Assembly (NCBI RefSeq): GCF_036321535.1
Contig: NC_087437.1
Location: 3,720,001-3,784,000 of the forward strand
Length of the DNA: 64,000 nucleotides
Source of the DNA: Camelus dromedarius
Lineage: Eukaryota
Reading direction: 5' to 3'
Shown: positions 12,533-24,969 of the stretch, in pieces
Position numbering within the stretch: position 1 is the stretch's first letter
How the letters are laid out: every line of letters starts with the position of its first letter
Notes under the pieces: model-generated
The model's database searches: none
What the model was told of the DNA's origin: nothing
Seen by the model: only the letters and a program-made list of their open reading frames with translations
Program-made: the position numbers and the translations under genes

Positions 12533-14006
12533 CTTAGTACCATTGTAAAGACAGCTCCCAGATTCTTTCCCAAATTTAATAGAAGTCTAAAAAGAGGATT
12601 ATTTTCTTAGGCAAAAGATTCAGTTTAAGTCTACTATCACATTACTGATTATCCTTAGTTCCTCTAGGTACCATGGATCACGTAACTCATGTTTGGAGAG
12701 AATTATTCCTTTAAAAGGGGTTCAAAATCCATTTGGAAACTTTACAGTGTGTCTTTAAAAAGGACTGAGCCGCATACATATTTAAGGTGTATTAGTAGTT
12801 ATCTTCTAAGTGAAAATTCTACATTACTGCAGAAATTAATCATGTAGCACACAGCACTGAAGTACAAGAATGTTTAGCAAAGACTGCAAATTTTACAGAA
12901 TAGTTAGATAAAAGGCTAATTACAAATTACAAACACTCAGGTTGTATGGAGATAAAATGTTGCCTTTGTTCCGCTACAAATCATCTGAACTGTTGCAAAT
13001 CACTCCTTTATAGCCACTGCAGGTATCACTGACAATGGCAACAAGGGTAACAAACCAACTGTTGGGCTGAAAACCTATTTCTTTTGTACAGCAGCAGACT
13101 ACTTGGCACGCATCCAGCATACTCACTACTTGCTGTTAAGATCTCACCATTTCAAAGCTTTGATGGCAACTCAAAAATAAAAGCAGCTGCTTTGAGACTA
13201 AGCAGATTTCAATGCAAAGCTGAAGACTAATGTGAGACATATGGCTGCATGCAGGAAAAACTCTTCTTAAAGCACCAGGGTGGGCAGGTGGACCTTTTTG
13301 GTTGAGAAAAAATATTGAACTTTTAATGACACAAAATTATCACCTGAAGAAATTAGATATCGAAAGAAAAAAAAAAAAACCACCAGAAGTGACTAAAAAC
13401 TGCACTACATCATTGTATCACGGAGCTAGGATTAAACCTGGGGGTAAGTGAAATTCCTCTAATAATCATCTTTTCACCTTCATGTCTGTTTCTCTACCTA
13501 AAAGGGGGCATGTGCCGATGAAAGATAAGCACACAGTACAGTCACTGCAGTGGGAGCAGGATGGAGAGGGCAGGCTGAAGACAGCAGGGTGGAGAAGGAC
13601 AACAGGAAAGAAGCAGAACTCTGTCAGCAAAGAGGGCATTCAGGGAATATTACAGAAGGGAAAGGGGGAAAGGCTGTGCACTTTTCTCTTCTCATGGCAC
13701 CTTCTCTTCAGTGTCATATTTGTGGTCAGCACCCATGACTCTTGATCAACATTAACAGAAAGAAAGTTTTGAAGAGAAGAAAGTAGGTAAGTACTAAAGG
13801 AGAGGCTAATGGAAAAAAAAATCCCTGGCATCAAAATAACCTGCCAAGGCCCCCAAATCTTCCAGGATAGATAAAAAGATACCTCATGCATTAAAGAAAA
13901 AAATAGGTGACTGAAAACTATTTACAACATACCAAAAATTAAACAGCACACAAACGGATTCATTACAGGGACTTGGTCAATAGGTTTGGTAGAAATACAA
14001 ATGGAA

Positions 14007-16157
14007 CCTAAATAGACATTTCTCCAAAGAAGACATCCAGATGGCCAATAGACACAGGAAATGACGCTCAACTTCGTTAATTATCAAGAGAAATGCAAAT
14101 CAAAACTAATAATGAGGTATTACCTCACATCAATCAGAATGGCCATCATAACAAAGGCTACAAATAATAAATGCTGGAGAGGGTGTGGAGAAAACAGAAT
14201 CCTCCAACACTGTTGGAGGGAGTTAGTCTGGTGCAGCCACTATGGAAAACAGTATGGAGATTCGGCAAAAGACTAAAAATAGACTTAACATATGATCCAG
14301 CAATCCCACTCGTGGGCATACATCCGGAGAAAACTCTAATTCAAAAAGATACACGCACCCCAGTGTTCACAGCAACACTATTTACAATGGCCAGACATGG
14401 AAACAACCTAAATGTCCATGGACAGATGACTGGATAAAGAAGATGTGGTATATTTATACAATGGAATACTACTCAGCCATTAAAAAGAATGAAATAATGC
14501 CATTTGCAGCAACAGGGATGGACCTGGAGACTATCATAGTAAGTGAAATGAACCAGACAAAGAAAGACAAATATATGATATCACTTATATGTGGAATCAA
14601 AAAATAAAACAAATGAATCTATATACAAAACAGAAACAGACTCACAGACATAGAAAACTAACTATGGTTACCAAAGGGGAAATTGGGGGAGGGATAAATT
14701 AGGGGCTTGGGATTAACACACTGCTATATATAAAACAGATAAACAACAAAGCCCTACTGTATAGCACAAAGAACTATATTATCTTTTAATATACCTATAA
14801 TGGAAAAGAATATGAAAAGGAATACATATACTCCCCGGGTGGGTGACCCACAAGCTTAAGATTTGTTAAGCTGCAGAGGCCCTCCCACAGGAGTGAGAGC
14901 TCTAAGCCCCATGTCAGTCTCCCCAGCTCAGGTTCCAGCATTGGAAGAGAAGGAGACCCCAGGACATCTGGTTTTGAAGGCCAGGGGCATGGCTCTGGGA
15001 GCCTCATGAGACTGGGGGAAATGGAGACTCCATTCGCTTGGGAAGTGTACACGGAAACTCACATGCACCAGGTTCAAGGGAAGAGGCAGTGATTTCACAG
15101 GAACCTGGGCCAGACCTGCCTGCTCGATTTGGAGGGTCTCCTGGGGAAGTGGGGGACAGCTGCGGCTTACTCAGGGAACATAAAAGCTAGTGGTGGAATG
15201 TTTCCAGCAGTGTTTATCTACATGAGCTTTCCTGGAGGCTGACATCTTGATTGGATCATTAGCACTAAGACCCAGCCCCACCTAACAGCCTATAGGGAAG
15301 CCTCATGCCAAATAACAGACAGGGTGGGAACACAGACCCACCCATCAGCAAACTTCCTAAGCCACAAAGGCCTCTAGACACAGTCCTACCCACAGAGATC
15401 CAGGACCAAGCTTCACCCAGGAGTGGGCAGGCACCAGCTCCTGCCAGGAAACCTGCATAAGCCTCTGGTCCAGGATCATTCACTAGGGGCAGATACCAGA
15501 AATAAGAAAATAATAATCCCAAAGCCCGTGGAAGGAATCCACAAACACACAGACAGACGAAATGAGTCAGCAAAGGAGTATCTCCCAGGCCAAGGCACAA
15601 GATAAAATCCCAGAATAAGAAATAAGTGATGAGGAGACAGGCCAATTTATCTGAGAACAAGTTTAAAAGTAATGATGGTGACGATGTTCAGAGAACTCAA
15701 GAGGAGTATAGGTGCACTGAGTGAAGTTTCTAGCAAAGAGCTGGAAAATATACAGAATACCCAAACAGAGTTGAAGAATAAAATCACTGAAATGAGTAAC
15801 ACACCAGAAGGAACCAACAATAAGCTGAATGAGGCAGAAAAACGGATGAGTGAGCTAGAAGACAGATGAGTGGAAATTACTACTTTAGAAAAGAAAAAAG
15901 AAAAAAGGATGAAAAGAAATGAGGATAGTTTAAGAGAACTCTAGGACAACATGAAGTGCACTAATACTCACATTATAGAGGTCCCAGAAAGAGAAGAGAG
16001 AGAGAAAGGACCTGAGAAAATTTTGGGAGAAGATAATCACTGAAAACTTCCCCAACTCGGGAAAGGAAACAGTCACCCAAGTCCAGGAAGCACAGAGAGT
16101 AAATCAACTATACTTCAACTAAAAAATAAAAATTCTCACCTAAGGGGAAAAAAAAAA
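14007..16157 (+). mobile_element. Chimeric L1: ORF2-end/3'UTR (14007-14830) + 5'UTR/ORF1 start (14831-16100) + terminal 3' tail (16101-16157)
   Basis: ORF2 C-terminal peptides (ORFs 14061, 14171), ORF1 coiled-coil peptide (15672..15869), TSD agaaatacaaatggaa (13991-14006) / agaaatacaaatagaa (16158-16173). Confidence 0.85.
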
Positions 16158-17589
16158 AGAAATACAAATAGAAGCATGCTATAAAAAACAAACAATAAAA
16201 GAGGATGTTCATTTTTACCAACAGGAAATGTAGAACATACTGGAAGAAATCATAAACAAAACACTAGAGAATTCCCAAATGGACTTTATAAACGATTAAG
16301 CAAAATTCAGTCCATACTGCTTTTTAATTGGCTCTCGGTCAAAAGGACAGAGCAATGTTAAAAGATTTGGAACATGTGATTGAATTATGGAAAGAGAAAG
16401 TGAAAAATGTCTTAATGAGGAATGGAATTGATATGATTTTAGTACATGAGGGGAAACTTCAGTGAGCTGGCAAATTACAAGAAAAGTTTTGCTTTGTTTC
16501 TAAAACTAATAAAAGAAAAGCTACTCAAAGAGATCTGAAGTAAAAACTTAAGACCAAGACTAAAAGAGTTCCATGAACATAAGATGAAATGGGAAAAAAG
16601 TAGGGGGTCAGGGGCGGGGGGTGGGGGGGCATGGGGAGTCCAGATCAGTTCACAGAATTAAAATAATCTGTTTGTATTTGTAGAAAAGATTTGAGTATTC
16701 AGAAACATGATAAACCTGGTAGAAGGCCCCAGTATTTATGGAATTCCTCTTTTAAGCAGTTCAGTGAGCTTTTCTCTTGGGAAGAGCACCAGAGCATCTG
16801 CCATAATTAATGCACAAAAACTCATACTTGGAAATGGCCAATGCTACAATGTGCCCAGGCTAACGATGCAGTTTGTACCTTGCTTATTCCTTCTCTAACT
16901 GCCTTTAGGTTGGTTTTCAGAGTTAATTAGCATTTTTATCAGACAAAAAGTCAACTGAAGAAAGCAGATAAAATGAAATTTCAAATCTGTCCAATGTCAC
17001 TACCTGTTAGCATCTCAGGGAAAAGATGGAAGAGGAGGATGAACAAAGGTCTAATGGGAAAATGTTTAATTAACTGCAGATTTCACATATATTTACTAAC
17101 ATACATTCTGTCTCAATACCCCCAGGAAACTTAATACAGGATTTATTCTTTGAGAAATAAGTATCAGGAAGAAACTGTCAGGATAGGGGACACACACACA
17201 CACACACACAGAGTCCTGTTCAAATTTAGAAACACTTTCCCCACTAAATAAATCTAAAACAAAGCAGACACCCACACTGCTTCCAGATGCTCTGAAAACA
17301 GCTCTTATGAGTGATTGGAGCTCGAGAAAGAGAAAGACATGGAAGAGCAAAATAGCACATTTCTACTAGTACTTACACCTAAAATCTAACCTCAGACGAG
17401 GCAGGAGGTCTGGAGACTATGAAGAGCAGTCTGTGGAAATGTAAACTAAAACCTTTCCAGAGGACAGATCATCAGTATGTGTCAGGAGCTTCACAAATGT
17501 GCTGATCCACAACACCGCACATGTAGAAACAAGGAGAGATGGACACAAGGTCTTATGCACAATAATGTGCAATCAATCATTAAGCAAGA

Positions 17590-17820
17590 AGAGGAACTCT
17601 GGGTTCACAAGGACCTGAGTTCCAGTCTCAAAGCCAATGCCACCACTCACGAGCTAAGACTGCATTCAAGTTTCCCAAGTTCTCTGGGCCCCTATTTCCT
17701 CATCTGTAGAAATGGGGCTGTCTATCTTCTATAAGGGGGCTGTCAGAAGTAAACAGATAGTGTATGTAACACACACATTGCCTAGCACATGGTAAGTGGC
17801 AGCTACTATTATCATCATCA
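17590..17820 (+). mobile_element. MIR SINE
   Basis: Core ...tctctgggccctatttcctcatctgtagaaatgggg...cctagcacatggtaagtg...tattatcatc. Confidence 0.75.
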
Positions 17821-18689
17821 AAGTATTATTTACAGTAACAAAAAATAAACGGAAGATCAAATTTCAACACGAAAATGGTTATACAACCATATATTTTACC
17901 GTGTGTTTATGTTTATACACACTCGGTATACCTGAGCAAATCACTGTGCAGCCATTAAAAATACATTTTATAATAACAACTAATGATTTCAGGAAAGCTG
18001 AAGCTTTGTTAAATGAATGTTCAGGCTCATAACACTATAAAGTGCCAATCAGGTTTTGTTAAACACATTTTTAGAAAGACATGGTTTATTTTATTATCTT
18101 GGCTGCTCTGTGGGTGCATAACCTCTGAGTATGTGGACTGATTATAATACATGTAACTTGAACTTAACGTTCCTTGGTTTTCCAATTTTTCTACAATAAA
18201 CATACATTACTAATGAATAAATTTTCTAATCAAAAAAAGCATATAAAGACAAGCTTTGAAGACATGAAAATAACTTCAGAAAATTCAGTATTCTAAATAT
18301 GTAACTTGTAGTTGTGAGTGCAAAATAAGTGAAGTAAGAGGGTAACACATTTTACTACTGTCAATGAAGCTGGAAAATGGCAAATAAAATAAATGTCAAT
18401 TAGCACTTATTTTTAAAGGACATACAAATATTTGTGCATAAACAGGTCAAGTGACAGTGGGGATAGGAAACCTGAAGTGTCCACAAGGTGGATGTGAATG
18501 CTGCCCACCTCTTATGCAGCTCTCGCTATGGGATTTGTGTACCACAGATCAGGCTTTGTTAAACCCCCACAAAGGATCCAAAGAATAATAAAAATAATCT
18601 CATACCAAAGACCTTGGTTCAAAGAAGTTACTGTGTTGTGGGAAAGGAGATAGCTTTCTTTTTTCCTACAAATAATTTGTTAAGGAAGT

Positions 18690-19860
18690 ATTATAACCAA
18701 AGGTAAAAAGGCATTTCAATGAAAAAGGACAGTCTTTTTAACAAATGGGACTGGAAGGACTGAATTTCCATACATAAAAATGAACCTTAACCCATCTCTC
18801 ACCCACAGACAAAAATTAATTCAGAATGGATCACAGATGTTAGTGTAAAACCTAAAACTATGAGACTTATAGAAGGAAACATAGGAAAAAAATCTTTGTG
18901 ACCTTGGGTTAGACAGAGTCCTTAGATAAGACATCAAAAGCATGATCCATAAAAGAAAAAAATGATAAACTAGACTTCATCAAAATTTAAAACTTCTGCT
19001 CTTTGAAAGACAATGTTAACAGAATAAAAAAAAAATAAACCACAGCCTGGGAAAAAAAATTTTCCAATCAAATATCTGATAAAGGACTTTAATCCATAAT
19101 ATAAAAACAATTTTCAAAATTCAAAAAGAAAACTTTTTTTAATAGGGTAGACACTAAAGAAAAATACATAAATGGCAAGTAAGCACATAAAAAGATACAC
19201 AAAAGATACCATGATACACCTATTAGAATTTGGGGGTGGGGGGTGACAACAACCCTGTGTTCTAGTGAGGATGTAGACCAGTCAGAACTTTCAAACACTG
19301 CGGGTGGGAACACAAAATAATACAAAGTTAAATATACATTAATCATATGACTCAGCAATTATTCTTAGGTATTTATCCAAGAGAAATGAAAATCTATTTT
19401 CCTACAAAACCTATACACAAATGTTTACAGTATTTTTATTCATAATCAGCAAAAGCTGAAACTAATCCAAATGCCTTTAAGCTGGTGAATAGGTAACAGT
19501 GAATACAGTGGAATACTACTCAGCAGTAAAAAAGCACAAACTACCAATGCAACAACCAGCATGGATAAACCTCAGATGCACTATGCTAAGTCAAAGAAGC
19601 AGGCTCAAAGGCCTCATCCTACGTGATTCCGTTTTTAGAGCATCCCAGACAGGCAAATCTATAGGGGCAGAAGGTGGTTGCCACATACAAGAAGCAGAAG
19701 GAGGAGATGGCCACAAAAGGCATAAGGGTCTGGGGCTGGAGGAAACTCTCCTGTGTCCTGACTGTGGTGGTTACAAGACCACGTGCATCCGTCAACACTC
19801 AGAACTGATATTAGCAAGGAAGAGTTTTACTGTATGTAAATGATACCTAGATTTTTTTTT
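18690..19860 (+). mobile_element. Old L1M (L1MC/MD-like) ORF2 end and 3'UTR
   Basis: aaaggacagtctttttaacaaatgg, aaaattaattcagaatggatcacaga, gacttcatcaaaatttaaaacttctgctc, ggaatactactcagcagtaaaaaag. Confidence 0.75.
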
Positions 19861-20199
19861 TAAAAGCATTGTACAGGCATGCTACAATTAAAACAGAACA
19901 CAAAGGTATAAAGTAATGGTCTCTCTCAACATGTCCTGTATAAATACAAGACACCACCACTCATCCACACTGCCTTCCTTGAGGAAGCCTGGCTCTTGCT
20001 AGAGGTAGTAAGTCTGCACTGACCTTCATAACGATCACATCATAAATACTCTCAATGATAAGACTGATTTCAACTGTAAGATTTCATCTCGTGATTTTGA
20101 CCAACAAGTCTGAGGTCACATCCCAACTGTTTCCAAATAAACAGCTTCATCAGGACCACAGCAGACATGGCAGCACGTGGAACGAGACCTTTCGGTCTA

Positions 20200-20403
<204 letters not shown>

Positions 20404-21362
20404 CTATCAACCTGCTTTCTCTCTAAGTAGAAAATGTCTTATTATCAAGGGATCACAAGACAGACTATGGTGAGACAAACCTAACTGAATTAGTAAGAAG
20501 CCTGGGGTTTTCTGTTTATTTTTGTTTAAATTTAAGAATAAAGAGTTTTCACAATTTAACCCACCACACCTCAGATCCGAAACAAGGTCAAGTGGGTTCT
20601 GCTCAGGAGTTCAATTTTAACAAGGAGCAGAGTGGATTTTACCTAAAGTATACGAAGCCTGCCAAGATAGCAGCTGATCTGTGGTATCATACAGTTGTAC
20701 ATAACTGAAAATAAATGCTGGAAAGTGTTTCTAGCTATGAGCTTCCCAACAAAGTTGCTTCCAGTGACATATCCCTTTTAGCTAACACAAAGCGTGAAAT
20801 GCCTCAGTCTCCTTCCTTAGTAATAAAGTCACAATGTATGAACTTTAGCAAACTGTTTAAATTTATCAGTATGAATTATAGTTTACAGGTTTTTGGAAAT
20901 TAAATTCCATGTCCATTTTTTTCCCTTATACATGTAAAGGTAATCTTAAACAGCATTCAAACAACATAGACATATATATTTTTAGACAACAGAAACACAG
21001 ATTCAAGCTATTTTTTTTCAAATCAGTTACAAGTCTACTTTAAAAAATTATACTCATGTTGAAAGGAAAAACTGTTTTTCATGTTTCCTTTCACACTCAT
21101 GATCTAGTGCTTTTATCTGTCAATATAGTGGATTATGAGGTAAAAGATAACTATCTATCCTTTTGTGAATACATGATATCATAATGATTTTGTTATCTTT
21201 TTCAACTAATAGTATTACTCTGTAAACTACAATAAAATTTTGCCCACAATTTTATATAGAGAATGAGCAAACAAAAGTGTCGATTTTAACTGTAGAATCT
21301 CAATATTATGTAAACACACCCCATGTCTAATGGCTAGTGAAACTATGCCCTGCAGTAATTTA

Positions 21363-21623
<261 letters not shown>

Positions 21624-24247
21624 TTAGAACTTACTTTGCATAAGCTGGAGATGGTAACACTTCTCAGATAAATCACTTAAGACTACAATGTCATTGTAGT
21701 AATCATAGAAACTTTAAAATAAAAATTATTACATGCTAAGGTATTATAGTTTAATGGTTCTCAATATGGGTTGTTGTTTTAACTTACTAAAAACTAAAAG
21801 GAGTAAGACTTAAGAACTGTTAAGCAGAGAATGCATATGAGGAACAAACGAGGAATGTTTTGGCAGAGTAACATGCAGTTCCCTCCAGCATAAACCACTG
21901 GCTATTAAGAAAATACAATTAATCATTTGGAAAACTACAGGTTTGTTAAGCTTTAAAGTCAACTTTAAACAGACACTTTTGAAGGCAGCTTCTACTAATG
22001 CATCTTCACCTTTCACCGATAGCCCTCCAGAACAATTCAACCGCTTGAAGAAAAGCCTATGTTAATTCATTACACACAGCATGTAACAACTTCATACATG
22101 ACAAACCCTGGGAGGTAAAGTTAATCTGTAATGTGATTATAAAACCACTAACACCAACAATAGTTTGGATTCTTTCACTATTTCCATAACATTAACAGAT
22201 ATTTCTTACTTGTAACTTTGGTTCTCTTAAAACTATATAAATAACATCACCATACCATTATTTACAGCTAGTTTCCTGTCATCCTTGGGAACTTAAGATA
22301 CACCACAAAGTACTGTTCATTTCTAAATATCATTTAGCGTATTCTCAGAATTCTGGAAACTCTGGAAGCTACCTTATAAGCCAAAGGGATGTGTCTCCAT
22401 GTGTGATACTGTAAGACTGAACAACTTACCAAAGAACACACACAAAAAAGCACACAAACTAAACATATGTATCTCGTGGAGAAACTGAAGTCCCAGAGAG
22501 ATCACAGGAGGCTGCCGTTCTTAAGCAGAAGGTACGGAGGATGAGATGTATTTGGAAAACCAAGGTTAGAGGCAACTTCTGCTTTCCCAACGTACGAGTC
22601 ACACACCTCATGATTTATCTAACTGTGAGGCCCAGTGGCTTCCAACTCTGGGGGGAAAAAGCCACTTGACAGTCCCTGTTACAACACAGGCAGGTGGCAA
22701 CAGAAGGGGGCACTGAGCACCAATCTGTGCACCAGCAAACCTAAGCAAGGGGGTCTGCTCTCGCACTCCCAGCGGAGGGATGCTAGGGCCTAGAGGTTAG
22801 TGTCTTATATTTACTCATCTGCTTCGTTGGCACTAATGACGATCTACTGATCCTGTTTGGGATGACAGACCTTTTTGTGTGGAAGGTCCGCAACTCTCTC
22901 CTTTATATTTAAAACATAAAAACAAAACATACGCTAGTTTTAAAATTAAGGACCACATGTATTTGAAGAAACAAGTTTTATAAGGTACAAAGTTTACATC
23001 AAGTCACATTTAAAAGCTTTATTCTCTATTCTTCATTTTTGGTAATTTTGGGGGAGGAGGAAAATGGAGCAGAAGCAGAGGAGGAAAGATGTGGTGCAGG
23101 GACAGCCACCAGAAGGTTCCCAAAGCCCCAGGAAACAAAGATTCTCTCCTCCACCAATTCTGCTCTATTTCAGTGTCACACCACCAAACCACACTACACA
23201 AAACACTTAGGCAAAAAAAGAGTGAAACCTCTGTTATAAAAATTAAGGAAAACAGGAAGCACACACAAGACTTTTAAGGCTTCTTTAGGGTCTCTGAATC
23301 CAAGCCAACTTTGAAACCCTCTTGCTGTGAGCTGCTAAGAATAACAAAACCATGACTGCCTTCAAATGAAGCCACTTTAAAAATACCTTTCTGAACCTCG
23401 CAAGAGCAGAGGCCCTGCACATCTGCCCGGATGTTCTACACCCACAAGGAGCCCTCCCTAGGTGAGCCATGAGTTAGGAAGAATTTTTTTCACATTAACT
23501 TATTTCTCCCCACCACGAACTGTGGCGCTTGACTAACATTTTGTAAATAATTATTATATAAAGTTAAGGAAGCCAACTCTTCCAATTTCCTTGAGAGACA
23601 CTACACACATGTATGTACACATCCCAAAGCCAGAGGACGACCAGAAGGTGAAAACCATGTCCAGCCCTGACCCTGCTCCCTCCATCCTCCCCGCGTCGCC
23701 CTGAGGAGGGGCCAGTGTGTGCGCACCAGACCTCCCATCGCTGGCCGGGTGGCGGCATCTCACAAGCGAGCGTGGGCACTTCCCTGCTCTCTGGTGATCA
23801 TCAAGGGAAGGACTCAGCAGATGAGGAACAAGTAAGTAAGTAATCACCTCTGTTTAAAGAACGAATCAGAGGCTTAAGTTTTTGACATTTAGGAAAGTAT
23901 GTCAGATCTATTAAATAAGACAAAGTGATGAAACAAGGCAGGAGTAATATCACTTTACCTCCATCCATTTCCCTTCTCACAAGATAAATTTGTCTAAAAC
24001 AAAATGTCTATCACCTGCTCACAGATCACTGCAGGTCTGCAAGAACCAGAAATTTCATATTTTGCTACCCTGCCAACTTTCCATATTTTGTGGGCCAATT
24101 AGCCAACTAAAACCTAACACCTGAGAAACAGCAGGGCTCTATGAAACCTGGACAGAGTTGGACAGCCCGGACGTGAAGCATGAATCCACCTGCAGCTGAA
24201 GAAGGCCTGCCTTTCGGCCCGAGGGGACTGTGCTGCAACAGCCTTAC

Positions 24248-24404
24248 CTCGGAGCCCAGCCGAGCCCATCTGGGCCTTCTCCTGCAGGTACAGATCCCGC
24301 TGCTGCTGGGTGAGGGCCAAGGTCTGCCCTTTGCTGTTATATGTAGTACAATACTTAATCACCTGCTCATAAGCACCCTTCATAAAACAAATCTCTGGTC
24401 TGTC
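24248..24404 (-). CDS. ATP2C1: ATP2C1 exon 17 (157 nt), [52 protein letters not shown](V)
   Basis: tcttag|GACAGA...CGAG|gtaagg; KGA motif. Confidence 0.97.
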
Positions 24405-24969
24405 CTAAGAAGAAAAACACAGCAAATAAATTCAAGTTAATTTCAATTTGTATCCATAGGCCAGTGGGGGCAAAAACAAGTGGCACGTACTTCCCATACC
24501 CCCAGGGGAGTGACTTGAGCCTATGGCTCTGAATAGCACTTGAACTCTGAAGACGGAAAGTTCATGTGGGAGCTTTCGGCACCCTCTTTGGAGCACAGTA
24601 TGTACTCCACACCCTCGTTACCCGCCCGCCCCCGGTGGAGGGAAAGCCACAGCAAGCTCCAGGTTAGGCACTCCAAGCTTTGAGGACAGGAAAGAGACCT
24701 AACATCTGCCCGCAAGCAATGGTTCAGGCTTCCGATCAGCTGCTGTGATATGTACACGTGTGATCGCATTTAATTCTTACAACCATCTTGTTGTAAGTAT
24801 GGGTATTACCAGACTTTTTATTTTTTAATCCTACCAAAGTAATATACAGAAGCTTATAATGAAAAACTGCAGTCCCCTGCCCAAACTTCCTCACCTCCAA
24901 TCCCACTGCATAGAGGCAAACAAATGTGAACCCTTCTCGCTGTCTTCCTTGGTATTTATCCCCATATTT

